Shown: positions 53,854-62,708 of the stretch, one piece after another
Position numbering within the stretch: position 1 is the first letter of the stretch
How the letters are laid out: each line of letters begins with the position of its first letter
Origin: a virus
Length of the DNA: 64,000 nt
Strand: one strand, 5' to 3'
IMG/VR virus record: IMGVR_UViG_3300020048_000003
Made by a program: the position numbers and the translations under genes
The notes under the pieces: generated by a model
Told to the model about the DNA's origin: nothing
The model's database searches: none
Seen by the model: the letters and a program-made list of their open reading frames with translations, nothing else

Positions 53854-54138
53854 TTATATGTTTTTAGATATAATTTTTACCTTTGATAATTTATATTGTC
53901 TGATTTGGCTTTTGTTTAGAAAATTTTCTGTCATTTCTTTTTGTTTGAATAAAAATGTTGATTTTTTAGATTTCATTTCTATCCAAAATAGATTATTTGT
54001 TATATCATATAATTTTGATATGACAAATTTTTGATATAGATTTATTCTATGTACATTACCATCTTCATCATACCATAAATATTTTTTGTTAGTAAAAAAA
54101 TAATCACCTATCTTATATTCATCATCATTTTTATCCAT
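53854..54138 (-). CDS. famB-like small protein
   Basis: EYKIGDYFFTNKK...KSQIRQYKLSKVKII. Confidence 0.6.
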   Translation of the reverse strand: MDKNDDEYKIGDYFFTNKKYLWYDEDGNVHRINLYQKFVISKLYDITNNLFWIEMKSKKSTFLFKQKEMTENFLNKSQIRQYKLSKVKIISKNI

Positions 54139-54472
54139 GTTTTGCTATATTATTCAGTTTTAATAATTTATCTTTTCTGTGTTTTATTATATTTTTTCTA
54201 AAATTCTTATAATCATCTTTTTTGAAATGAGGATGATTTATTAATATTGCAACTAAATCTCTATCAGTTAAAAACATAAATCCATGATATTTTAAATGTC
54301 TTTCATTTGAATCATTTGATGAATCATATTCATGTTTTATGGAATTCAGATCGCATATTTTTCTAATTGGACAAGTACATATCACATCATATAGTGTTTT
54401 ACGATTGTTGCGCCAATCAAGATAAATTATTGCGACTTTTTCATTCATAAATAATATATTTATTATTAACAA
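54131..54472 (-). CDS. famB-like protein
   Basis: C-term NIIKHRKDKLLKLNNIAKHG. Confidence 0.6.
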   Translation of the reverse strand: MLIINILFMNEKVAIIYLDWRNNRKTLYDVICTCPIRKICDLNSIKHEYDSSNDSNERHLKYHGFMFLTDRDLVAILINHPHFKKDDYKNFRKNIIKHRKDKLLKLNNIAKHG

Positions 54473-54514
54473 AAAAGTTCAATAATTTTTTTATTTGTAA
54501 TTTATTTAATAAAT

Positions 54515-54802
54515 TTGGGAATGGAAAAGTCAAAATACATAGTCGTAAATAAAGGAGGAGCATATAAATATTTTCCTTACCAATGCGGACCTTCTAAAAT
54601 TAGGTGGCAAGATAGGCGAACAGCCTTCACTTGGGTTCTTAGTAATGCAAGGGAATTTGATACTATTGAAGAAGCAGAAAAAGAATGTAAATGGTTAGAA
54701 GAAAACCTAGTTAAAACAAAAGGTCATCCTGATATACTTAAAGTGGTAGAAAAGAATATACTACAAAGAAAAGATAAATTATTAAAACTTAATACATTAT
54801 GA
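54515..54802 (+). CDS. famB small protein
   Basis: C-term KNILQRKDKLLKLNTL; ATGA coupling. Confidence 0.75.
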   Translation: MGMEKSKYIVVNKGGAYKYFPYQCGPSKIRWQDRRTAFTWVLSNAREFDTIEEAEKECKWLEENLVKTKGHPDILKVVEKNILQRKDKLLKLNTL

Positions 54803-55065
54803 ATATAGGTGAAATAATCTATACTGATCAAGAATATCAATGGCACGATACAAATACAAATGGAGAATTTCATATTGTAGAAAAAATGACAGCTTTCAAG
54901 ATAACTGGGTTAACGAATGGTGGTGATGATAATTATATAAGGATTCATAATATAAAAGAGAAGTATAGTGTTTTAATGTTGAAAGAACAATATAAAGACT
55001 TTTTTAATAATAAAATAATTCGTAAACAGAAATTAGAAAAATTAAATGAAAAGAGTAATTTGTAG
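54799..55065 (+). CDS. famB small protein
   Basis: MNIGEIIYTDQE...NKIIRKQKLEKLNEKSNL. Confidence 0.8.
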   Translation: MNIGEIIYTDQEYQWHDTNTNGEFHIVEKMTAFKITGLTNGGDDNYIRIHNIKEKYSVLMLKEQYKDFFNNKIIRKQKLEKLNEKSNL

Positions 55066-55270
55066 TAATTATAAAACTTGTGATAATAATGGATGTCTTC
55101 ATAAAAGAGAACACAATCACAATACAAAAGGTTATCAATCAGAGAATTATACTTGTTTTCATTGTTATTATGATAATATAGATGGTAGTGAATGTGTAGA
55201 TGTAATAAAGGTGTTTCGTAAAGAAAAATTGATAAAAATAAATGAAAAAAATCAAATTCAACAAATTTAA
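55046..55270 (+). CDS. Cys-rich famB small protein
   Basis: CSNYKTCDNNGCLH...CFHC; VFRKEKLIKINEKNQ. Confidence 0.75.
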   Translation: MKRVICSNYKTCDNNGCLHKREHNHNTKGYQSENYTCFHCYYDNIDGSECVDVIKVFRKEKLIKINEKNQIQQI

Positions 55271-55511
55271 AATCGGTGATATTGTTACTGTAGATTTAAA
55301 TCTATTAGATGGATGGGCGGATTTACCAAAATGGTACACAAAAGAAGATTATGAGATTATTGGATTTAGTCTTACAACTTATCAAGGTGTTATATTAGAT
55401 AGAAATATGCCTGATAGTGATAATATTATACATTACTCCTGGTTGAAATTATCTATAGCTGGACAAAGAAAAAGAAAATTAAAAGAAATTGAAAATGGAA
55501 ATAAATTTTAA
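55242..55511 (+). CDS. famB small protein
   Basis: FKIGDIVTVDL...AGQRKRKLKEIENGNKF. Confidence 0.8.
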   Translation: MKKIKFNKFKIGDIVTVDLNLLDGWADLPKWYTKEDYEIIGFSLTTYQGVILDRNMPDSDNIIHYSWLKLSIAGQRKRKLKEIENGNKF

Positions 55512-55761
55512 AATTGGTGATGATATTATTTGTCATAAAGCATGTATAATGAAATATTCTGGTAGTGTAGCTACTACAGTTGGCAAAAAATATAAAATAA
55601 TAGAAGCTAAAAATAGTTATAAGGGTGATAATAGAATAATAATTGATGATCATAATGAAGAACATTATTTTTCAAATAAATGGGAAAAATATTTCCGAGG
55701 CTTGAGAAAAGAAAAACTGATTAGATTAAAAGAAGTAAGTAATGGACAGGAAAAAGTATAA
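55489..55761 (+). CDS. famB small protein
   Basis: FKIGDDIICHKA...FRGLRKEKLIRLKEV. Confidence 0.8.
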   Translation: MKMEINFKIGDDIICHKACIMKYSGSVATTVGKKYKIIEAKNSYKGDNRIIIDDHNEEHYFSNKWEKYFRGLRKEKLIRLKEVSNGQEKV

Positions 55762-55966
55762 GGTAGGTGATTATCTTATAAGTAAGATAGATTTTAATAT
55801 GAACAATGGAGAATTGGCGTTAATAAAAAATAAGGCTTATCCAATTACAGATTTTAATTATGATGACAGGGTAGAAATACATTCTGAATATCATGAATTT
55901 CATGTATTTAGTGATGAATTTTTTTATACTAAAAAAGAATTGAGGAAAATGAAAATAAAAAAATAA
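55742..55966 (+). CDS. famB small protein
   Basis: YKVGDYLISKID...FFYTKKELRKMKIKK. Confidence 0.8.
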   Translation: MDRKKYKVGDYLISKIDFNMNNGELALIKNKAYPITDFNYDDRVEIHSEYHEFHVFSDEFFYTKKELRKMKIKK

Positions 55967-55969
55967 TAA

Positions 55970-56296
55970 ATGAAACTAATTAAAATAAAACCATACTTTA
56001 TTCAATATGTAGATAATAATGAAAATTTTTCTAAATTGCAATTAGAATTATTTGCACAAGGATATCGTTGGTTAAACGGCACAAAAGTTTGGATAGTAGA
56101 TAATCAATTTATAGAATTTCCTCTTTATGTGTCAAATTTGGATTTTGATGATGTAAATACTGAACATATAATAAAAATAAGAAAAGAACATGAAAGCTTC
56201 GGTAATGATGTAATGTTTGTTTCTGAAAAGAAAGAAGATTTTAATTTAAATTTATTAAGAAAAGAAAAACTGAAAAGATTATTAGAATATGAATAA
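55970..56296 (+). CDS. famB protein
   Basis: C-term NLLRKEKLKRLLEYE. Confidence 0.75.
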   Translation: MKLIKIKPYFIQYVDNNENFSKLQLELFAQGYRWLNGTKVWIVDNQFIEFPLYVSNLDFDDVNTEHIIKIRKEHESFGNDVMFVSEKKEDFNLNLLRKEKLKRLLEYE

Positions 56297-56555
56297 GAGT
56301 TATTGTTATAAAGATATGTATAATAGTATTGATGCAGATACACCAATATTTTATAAAGGTAAATTATATGAATGTAATTTTATTCATAAACCATTTGCTT
56401 TTGTTAAAGATGATGTAAATAGATTAAATGGGTATAATACTTGGATTCAATTTTCACTTGTTGTAATGGCTAGAAAAGATTATTTTTATGACTATTTCTA
56501 TAGTGAACAAGAATTTAGAAATTTTAAACTAAAAAAATTAAAATCTATATGTTAA
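56289..56555 (+). CDS. famB small protein
   Basis: DYFYSEQEFRNFKLKKLKSIC. Confidence 0.8.
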   Translation: MNKSYCYKDMYNSIDADTPIFYKGKLYECNFIHKPFAFVKDDVNRLNGYNTWIQFSLVVMARKDYFYDYFYSEQEFRNFKLKKLKSIC

Positions 56556-56803
56556 TTAATAGGTATGATTGTTTAGAGTGTATAAAAAAGATTAACTATC
56601 CTAGTGGTGCTGCTATAAGTGTTGGAAAGGTATACCAAATAATAGAAGAAAATCACGTTGGAAATATTTTATATTTTTTTATAATAAACGATGATGGAAG
56701 AAAGGTAAGTTTTAAACCAGTTGAGGAAGGAAGAACCATGTTAGAATATTTCAAAATTGTAACCCGTAGGGAAAAACTAAAAAAACTAAAAACAAAATGT
56801 TAA
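56549..56803 (+). CDS. famB small protein
   Basis: ISVGKVYQI...KIVTRREKLKKLKTKC. Confidence 0.8.
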   Translation: MLINRYDCLECIKKINYPSGAAISVGKVYQIIEENHVGNILYFFIINDDGRKVSFKPVEEGRTMLEYFKIVTRREKLKKLKTKC

Positions 56804-57093
56804 ATATTTTTTTGATAAGTAAAGGTGATGTAGTATATTGCATTCGTGATTACGTTGAAACAGAATTTGGTTGGGTAAATAAAATATATGCACAAAAAAA
56901 TAGATTTGGTAAATTATATTTAATTCATTTAACTAAAGGTAATAGTTATATAATTGAAAATGTTAATAAAGATACAATTCAAGTTAAAAATGATTTTGGT
57001 GAATCTTGTTGGTATAATATTGAAAGATTTGATACAATAAAAGAATTAAGAAAACAAAAATTAAAATTCTTAAAAAATGTTGAAAAAAGGTGA
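56797..57093 (+). CDS. famB small protein
   Basis: SKGDVVYCIRD...IKELRKQKLKFLKNVEKR. Confidence 0.8.
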   Translation: MLNIFLISKGDVVYCIRDYVETEFGWVNKIYAQKNRFGKLYLIHLTKGNSYIIENVNKDTIQVKNDFGESCWYNIERFDTIKELRKQKLKFLKNVEKR

Positions 57094-57340
57094 TAAAGTT
57101 TTTTGTAAAAAAGATTATGGTATATTATTTTATGAAAATAAAATGTATGTAATTGAATCTGTTCCTGATATTCCATATAACAATTTTTATTATGTTTGGG
57201 TATGTGGTGATAAATTGGAAAATAAAATATTTGCTGTAAGGTTTTTGCTTAATGAAAAAACTAGTGTATCATTTGGTGATTATTTTTATACAATGAAAGA
57301 ATATAGAAAAATGAAATTAAAAAAAATAAATGAAAACTAA
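57077..57340 (+). CDS. famB small protein
   Basis: MLKKGDKVFCKKD...DYFYTMKEYRKMKLKKINEN. Confidence 0.85.
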   Translation: MLKKGDKVFCKKDYGILFYENKMYVIESVPDIPYNNFYYVWVCGDKLENKIFAVRFLLNEKTSVSFGDYFYTMKEYRKMKLKKINEN

Positions 57341-57623
57341 GAAATTTTGGAAAGTTAATGTTGAAGATGTTTTTGCCTTCTGGAAAGAAAGAGGAGTAGG
57401 AGATTATTATGGATATTGGGATATATCAAATATAGGGGATTTTGTTTATATAAATCATATTGATTTGGGATTGAAAAATGGTCATGGTGAGTATGGACTT
57501 AGAACTTGTACAAATATGAATTATTATTCTTATATTGAAAATAGTTATGGTTATATGGGGGAGTTTATACCAAAAGCAAAACTTAGAAAATTAAAATTAA
57601 AAAATATAAATGAAAAAATATAA
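57330..57623 (+). CDS. famB small protein
   Basis: C-term PKAKLRKLKLKNINEKI. Confidence 0.7.
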   Translation: MKTKKFWKVNVEDVFAFWKERGVGDYYGYWDISNIGDFVYINHIDLGLKNGHGEYGLRTCTNMNYYSYIENSYGYMGEFIPKAKLRKLKLKNINEKI

Positions 57624-57932
57624 ATGAAAAAATTTTGGAGAATTAATTTCAATTCAGATATAAAACAATCATTAGAATTTTTATCTGTAGATAAAAATTA
57701 TATTGATATTGTGATAGATAAAACATCTGATATTATGAAATGTAAAAATGAAGAAGGACACAAATATTTTTTCATTTGTTATAATGATGAAGATAGTCCT
57801 AATTTATATTATAATCTTTGGGGTTGGGGTGAACAAATTGATGAAAAATGGTTTCGCTCCAGAGAATATTTTTATTGTGGTGAAGTGAATTTAAGAAAAG
57901 AAAAAATAAAAAAGTTAAATGACACTATCTGA
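57624..57932 (+). CDS. famB protein
   Basis: C-term EVNLRKEKIKKLNDTI. Confidence 0.75.
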   Translation: MKKFWRINFNSDIKQSLEFLSVDKNYIDIVIDKTSDIMKCKNEEGHKYFFICYNDEDSPNLYYNLWGWGEQIDEKWFRSREYFYCGEVNLRKEKIKKLNDTI

Positions 57933-58125
57933 AAAATGGATCCGAAGTTATTATATTAGTGTATCTCTTGTTTTGAAAAATAAAGGAAATACAGGATATT
58001 ATATTAAGTTTAAAAATAATGATATTAAATTTATACATAAAAAATCAATTTTTCGTATATTAACAGCAGGAACTTATAATGATAGAAAAAAGAAATTAAT
58101 GTATTTAAAAATAATGAACGAATAG
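57919..58125 (+). CDS. famB-like small protein
   Basis: C-term YNDRKKKLMYLKIMNE. Confidence 0.5.
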   Translation: MTLSEKWIRSYYISVSLVLKNKGNTGYYIKFKNNDIKFIHKKSIFRILTAGTYNDRKKKLMYLKIMNE

Positions 58126-58140
58126 AAAATTTAAACAAAC

Positions 58141-58416
58141 ATGATAAAGAGATATAAATGTGTTTATACTAAACCTGTACAGCATTTTCCTTTTTTCTTA
58201 ACTATTGGTGCTGAGTATGAATACGCCTTTGCAGATTTGTCAGGATTCTGTAAAGATGATAGACATGTGTTGCTTTATTATAAAGATTATTTTGGTATTA
58301 ATAATGGAAAAGAATGTAGTGTATTATTTGAAGAAAAATTGTTTCTTAAATATTTTTCAACATTAAAAGAAGAAAGAAGAAAAAAATTAGAAAAAATAAA
58401 AAATGAAAGCTGGTGA
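58141..58416 (+). CDS. famB small protein
   Basis: LTIGAEYEY...TLKEERRKKLEKIKNESW. Confidence 0.8.
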   Translation: MIKRYKCVYTKPVQHFPFFLTIGAEYEYAFADLSGFCKDDRHVLLYYKDYFGINNGKECSVLFEEKLFLKYFSTLKEERRKKLEKIKNESW

Positions 58417-58657
58417 TACTGTAATTTTTAATGACAAAGGTTGGGTGGATTTTACATTCAATAAAAAATATTATGTTATAAGAACAACATCAATAGGACC
58501 AAAATATAATATAGGTTTAATGTTTTGGTTAGTTGATGATAAAGGACATTCTTGTTGGATAGAATCAGAAGTTTTTAAATCTCTTAAAGAAGTAAGAAAA
58601 GAAAAATTAAAAAATATTGAAAATTATGGAAGAATTAAAAAATATTGGAAATTATGA
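58403..58657 (+). CDS. famB small protein
   Basis: MKAGDTVIFNDKG...SLKEVRKEKLKNIENYG. Confidence 0.8.
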   Translation: MKAGDTVIFNDKGWVDFTFNKKYYVIRTTSIGPKYNIGLMFWLVDDKGHSCWIESEVFKSLKEVRKEKLKNIENYGRIKKYWKL

Positions 58658-58965
58658 ACTACCCAAACTATCCTGATATTTATGCTGGTGAGCATTTTTA
58701 CCCTGGTCAATTTATTAAGTGTATTGATGATAGAAAAATTGAATTGTATATTAATAAATCAAAATGGCAAGATCTTGGTGAATATCTTGAAATGAATAAA
58801 ATTTATAAAGTAACTAAATTTGAGTTAGTACATGGTAGAGCAAAAGTCTGGATTATAAGAAATGGTTCTGAATCTTGGTATTATCCTGATAGATTTATTT
58901 CAATATTAAAAGAAGAAAGAAAAAGTAAATTAAAAAAATTAATGAGTTATGAATTGGGTAAATAA
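58645..58965 (+). CDS. famB protein
   Basis: C-term SILKEERKSKLKKLMSYELGK. Confidence 0.75.
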   Translation: MEIMNYPNYPDIYAGEHFYPGQFIKCIDDRKIELYINKSKWQDLGEYLEMNKIYKVTKFELVHGRAKVWIIRNGSESWYYPDRFISILKEERKSKLKKLMSYELGK

Positions 58966-59293
58966 ATTAGAGAACAATAAATCTAAAAAAATTGAAATAA
59001 AAGAAATTTTTGATGGACCTTATTTTTTTAAGGATGAGATAGTTACCTGTATAAATAATGAAGATATACAGTTCAATTTTGATGGTAGTTCTAATGATTG
59101 GGATGACTATGGTAGTATGCTTAAACTAAAAAAATATAAAGTTATAAAATTTCAAAAATTTGAAGAAAGATATAAATTATATGTAACTGATCTTGATGGT
59201 CTTAATGAGGATTGGTATTATCCCGAAAGATTTACTTCAGTAAGAATGGAAAGAAAAGAAAAACTAAAAAAAATAGCACGACATGACAAGTAA
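58949..59293 (+). CDS. famB protein (paralog of 58645..58965: ...WYYPERF(T/I)S(V/I)...)
   Basis: C-term SVRMERKEKLKKIARHDK. Confidence 0.75.
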   Translation: MNWVNKLENNKSKKIEIKEIFDGPYFFKDEIVTCINNEDIQFNFDGSSNDWDDYGSMLKLKKYKVIKFQKFEERYKLYVTDLDGLNEDWYYPERFTSVRMERKEKLKKIARHDK

Positions 59294-59534
59294 AGAATTT
59301 TACAAAAAAAATCACACATTTTCAAATTCAATAGTATCTATGTACGAAATAGAAATAATTGAATTAATGAATAATTTTGCATTAGAAAAAAAAGAAGGAT
59401 TAGAGAAAAAATTAAATTCTCAGGAATTTTATGAATTGATGCAAACTTATAGACATTCAGATATTTCTGATCAAGATGCAGTTATTGAAAATTTTCAAGC
59501 AGTAAAAGATTATATTTTAGAAATGTTAAAATGA
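59283..59534 (+). CDS. hypothetical helical small protein (not famB)
   Basis: 83-aa ORF, no tail motif. Confidence 0.45.
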   Translation: MTSKEFYKKNHTFSNSIVSMYEIEIIELMNNFALEKKEGLEKKLNSQEFYELMQTYRHSDISDQDAVIENFQAVKDYILEMLK

Positions 59535-59761
59535 AATTTAATATTGGTGATAAAGTTAAATGCGTTGATGCAGGTACATATGCTCCTAGATTAATTCAAG
59601 GACGAAATTATACTATAATAGGAATTAATGAATCCTATGGAACATATGATGTTATTGATGATTTTGATAATAATGAATTTTTTTGTTATGAATTTAGATT
59701 TGAAGATATTAAAAAAGTTAGAAAACAAAAATTAGAAAAATTAAATGATACTTGGAGATAA
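59531..59761 (+). CDS. famB small protein
   Basis: MKFNIGDKVKCVDAG...FEDIKKVRKQKLEKLNDTWR. Confidence 0.85.
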   Translation: MKFNIGDKVKCVDAGTYAPRLIQGRNYTIIGINESYGTYDVIDDFDNNEFFCYEFRFEDIKKVRKQKLEKLNDTWR

Positions 59762-60138
59762 AGTGATTTGTAAAAAATCAATAGAAATTGATAAAAATTG
59801 TCATCCTATTCCATATGTAGATGGTAAAAATATTCATTATGGATTTTTTATAAAAGATGAAAAATATACATTTATACTTGAAGAAAACACCTTTAATGAA
59901 GGTTGGTTTAATGAAGATATGAATGGTGAGATACCAAACAAACAAACAAAAATATATTTATATTCATTTTCATAGAAATAATTTGGCATTTTCAGGCTGT
60001 AGATTTCATCTTGATAAAATTAATAGACAAATTAGAACTCCAAGAAATATCTATGCGGCAAGTTGTTTTGAAGTTTTTTGCTTCTATGATTATTTCTATA
60101 CAGAACAAGATATTAGAAAACAAAAAATAAAAAAATAA
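59745..60138 (+). pseudogene. famB gene split by frameshift (N-part 59745..59975, tail-bearing part 59923..60138 in another frame)
   Basis: N-part MILGDKVICKKS... lacks tail; overlapping frame ends ...DYFYTEQDIRKQKIKK. Confidence 0.45.
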
Positions 60139-60141
60139 AAA

Positions 60142-60366
60142 ATGTACAAGTGTCCTAAAAGATTTAAATGTGGTCATTCCAGATGTGTTAGACAGGAAAC
60201 AGTTTATCTTGAGCCAACTCCAGTTCATGAGGCTTGTAGTTGGTATTACAAATTTAATATAAGAAAACAAAAATTAGAAAAATTAAATGAAACTTGCTTC
60301 TATGATTATTTCTATATAGAACAAGAATTAAGAAAAGAAAAATTAGAAAAATTAAATGAAGTTTAG
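60142..60366 (+). CDS. Cys-containing famB protein with duplicated tail
   Basis: CPKRFKCGHSRC...; two tails: FNIRKQKLEKLNE and YFYIEQELRKEKLEKLNEV. Confidence 0.7.
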   Translation: MYKCPKRFKCGHSRCVRQETVYLEPTPVHEACSWYYKFNIRKQKLEKLNETCFYDYFYIEQELRKEKLEKLNEV

Positions 60367-60625
60367 AAATTTATATTTGGGGTTAAAGGATCAAATGCCT
60401 TTGAGTAGATTTATTCGTAATCTACGCAAAGGTCATGTTCTTGGATTATTTAGTAAGAGAAGTCATTATACATTTGCTGGCAAAGAAAAAGTTTCTTATG
60501 GTAGTAAAGCTACTGCAATAAAATCAGCAGAAAAAATGAGGGAAAAAAACGGTACTTATTATAGTAATTATAAATGTATCTATTGTGATGGTTATCATTT
60601 AGGTAGAAATAGAGAAAATAAATAA
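60356..60625 (+). CDS. hypothetical small basic protein (not famB)
   Basis: 89-aa ORF; C-terminal CIYCDGYH. Confidence 0.45.
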   Translation: MKFRNLYLGLKDQMPLSRFIRNLRKGHVLGLFSKRSHYTFAGKEKVSYGSKATAIKSAEKMREKNGTYYSNYKCIYCDGYHLGRNRENK

Positions 60626-60882
60626 TGTTCAAGAAGGACGATAAAATAGTTTGTATTGATAATCTTAGATTTGCGGACACAAGTTATACCTGTAAATTAA
60701 CTATTGGAAAAATATATATCATTAAAAACACTACAGGAATACATTCTGCTGTTGGTGTTTATGATGATTGGGGAGAATATCATCAATTTAATAAAACAAG
60801 ATTTGTTACATATAATGAATATCGCAAACGGAAGTTATTAAAAATCAATGAAACAGAAAAGATACTATATAAGGGAATGTGA
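60625..60882 (+). CDS. famB small protein
   Basis: KKDDKIVCIDN..LTIGKIYII...RFVTYNEYRKRKLLKINETEK. Confidence 0.85.
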   Translation: MFKKDDKIVCIDNLRFADTSYTCKLTIGKIYIIKNTTGIHSAVGVYDDWGEYHQFNKTRFVTYNEYRKRKLLKINETEKILYKGM

Positions 60883-61213
60883 TCATACTTGGTATTGGGA
60901 TGTCAATGCTGGTAATAGTGATGCTCTTTGTAATGAAGATTCGTCTGATATTCATTGCTCTCCATGTGATGAAAAATGGACTTGTAGATTTGCTAATTTT
61001 CCTGCACAACTAAAACGTAAAAGGACTTATAAATTAAGAATTTTTCCACCGGATAATTTCAATTTTTATGAAACATTAATAAACAATAGAAAAAAGAAAA
61101 GAAATACTGATTTATGTTTAAAATGTGCATATAATAATCATTATGAAAACATTTGGTTAAATTCAAAAGAACTTAGAAAAGTTAAATTAACTCAACTTAA
61201 TAGAGAAATCTAA
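60848..61213 (+). CDS. Cys-rich famB protein
   Basis: CDHTWYW...CSPCDEKWTCRF...CLKCAY; KELRKVKLTQLNREI. Confidence 0.7.
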   Translation: MKQKRYYIRECDHTWYWDVNAGNSDALCNEDSSDIHCSPCDEKWTCRFANFPAQLKRKRTYKLRIFPPDNFNFYETLINNRKKKRNTDLCLKCAYNNHYENIWLNSKELRKVKLTQLNREI

Positions 61214-61241
61214 AATATAATAAACTTAATATTTTATATAG

Positions 61242-61273
61242 ACGCATGTATTTTATACATGCGTTTTTATTTT
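61242..61273 (+). terminator. rho-independent terminator ending the famB + array
   Basis: ACGCATGTAttttaTACATGCGT + TTTTTATTTT. Confidence 0.7.
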
Positions 61274-61327
61274 AGAAAAAAACGACTTTTAAATATTTAT
61301 ATATAATAATAAATAAATATAATCAAA

Positions 61328-61498
61328 ATGAAAATCACAAAAACTTTTACTATCTCAGAGGAAATTTTTAAAAAATTTGACGAAATTTCAAAGGTAGAAT
61401 CTATTAATAAATCTCTATTTATAGAAAATAGTATGAAAAATTTCCTAGATAAAAGAAAAAAAGAAGATGATAGGTATATACAAGATAAGAAACATTAA
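61328..61498 (+). CDS. ribbon-helix-helix-like small protein (56 aa, below track cutoff)
   Basis: manual: MKITKTFTISEEIFKKFDEISKVESINKSLFIENSMKNFLDKRKK... ; beta-strand + two helices pattern; 3' end overlaps endonuclease start. Confidence 0.45.
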   Translation: MKITKTFTISEEIFKKFDEISKVESINKSLFIENSMKNFLDKRKKEDDRYIQDKKH

Positions 61499-62342
61499 AA
61501 ATGATAAATATTATATTGGTTCATCAATAGATATACAAGATAGATGGTATCAACATAAAAATTCATTATCAAACAATAAACATCATTCTATAAAATTACA
61601 AAGATCCTATAATATTTATGGTGAAAATAATTTTATATACGATATTATTGAAGAATGTGATAAAAATTTATTAATTGCTCGTGAACAATATTATATTGAT
61701 ACTTACAATTCTTATAAAAATGGATATAATTCTACCAAATTTGCTGGCAGTAATCTAGGAATGAAACATAGTATTGAAACAAAAGAAATACTTAGGCAAA
61801 AAAGTTTGGGTAATCAAAATATGCTAAATAAAAAGCATACAGAAGAAACAAAGGAAAAAATAAAATTGAAATTAAAAGGTAGAATAGTATCAGAAATAAC
61901 TAAACAAAAAATGAAAATTTCTTCTCAAAATAGAAAAGAAATGAGTATTGAGACTAGAACAAAAATTAGCGTTTCTAAAAAAGGTAAAAAATTATCAGAT
62001 GAAAATAAAAATAAAATAAGTATGTCTCATTTAGGTAAAAAACAAAGCAATGAAACTATTACAAAAAGAGTTGAAAAAAATAAAGGACAAAAAAGAACAG
62101 AAGACATTAGGCAGAAAATGAGTGAAAATATGAGAGGAATTAAAAAGGGTCAAATGACAGAAGAAAATAAATTATTAAGATCAAAAAGAATTGCTCTTAT
62201 ATCTGATAATGATGATATCTTGAAAGAATTTAATGGTGTAAAAATATGTGCGACAGAACTAAATATTGATCGTAGAAGAATTGGTGAAATACTATCAGGA
62301 AAAAGAAAATCATTTAAAAATTTCAAATTCAAAATTATTTAA
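61467..62342 (+). CDS. GIY-YIG endonuclease with NUMOD3-type repeats (homing-endonuclease-like)
   Basis: IYKIRNIKNDKYYIGSS...RWYQHK...NIYGENNFIYDIIEEC...ARE.YYI; downstream repeats GMKHSIETKEIL / KKHTEETKEKI / GRIVSEITKQKM. Confidence 0.85.
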   Translation: MIGIYKIRNIKNDKYYIGSSIDIQDRWYQHKNSLSNNKHHSIKLQRSYNIYGENNFIYDIIEECDKNLLIAREQYYIDTYNSYKNGYNSTKFAGSNLGMKHSIETKEILRQKSLGNQNMLNKKHTEETKEKIKLKLKGRIVSEITKQKMKISSQNRKEMSIETRTKISVSKKGKKLSDENKNKISMSHLGKKQSNETITKRVEKNKGQKRTEDIRQKMSENMRGIKKGQMTEENKLLRSKRIALISDNDDILKEFNGVKICATELNIDRRRIGEILSGKRKSFKNFKFKII

Positions 62343-62410
62343 ACTTATTATTTTTTATTACTATATACTAAGTGGAATTTTCCACAAAAATAAAAAAATA
62401 ATAATCAAAT

Positions 62411-62611
62411 ATGAGTAAAATGACAGGCAGATGTAAATTTTTTAACGATGCCAAAGGTTTCGGATTTATTAAAGATAATGAATCAGAAAAAGAATATTTT
62501 GTACATGCTACAGGTTTAGTTGACAGAATAGAAGAAAATGATGAAGTAAGTTTTGAACTTACTGAAGGAAAAAGAGGATTAAATGCAGTTAATGTTGAAT
62601 TAATGGATTAA
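62411..62611 (+). CDS. cspA: cold-shock protein (CspA family)
   Basis: MSKMTGRCKFFNDAKGFGFI...YFVHATGL...VSFELTEGKRGLNAVNV; RNP1/RNP2 motifs. Confidence 0.9.
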   Translation: MSKMTGRCKFFNDAKGFGFIKDNESEKEYFVHATGLVDRIEENDEVSFELTEGKRGLNAVNVELMD

Positions 62612-62642
62612 GAATCATATAGATTTTCTGAAAAAGTCTCAA

Positions 62643-62676
62643 ATTTATTTGAGACTTTTTTATTTTAAATCTTTTG
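62643..62676 (+). terminator. rho-independent terminator after csp
   Basis: AAAAGTCTCAAAtttaTTTGAGACTTTT + TTATTTT. Confidence 0.7.
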
Positions 62677-62708
62677 TTTATATTTGTAAAAAATAAAAAT
62701 CTAAAAAG

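Noticed and set aside
54799-57340. Poxvirus-style late promoter TAAATG at famB junctions (TTAAATGAAA)
   Set aside because: The upstream gene reads through the motif (TTA AAT GAA) rather than stopping at it. The 4-nt ATGA overlaps, the bacterial-type CSP, histidine kinase and tRNA, and the SD-less A-rich starts fit a prokaryotic or phage context better.
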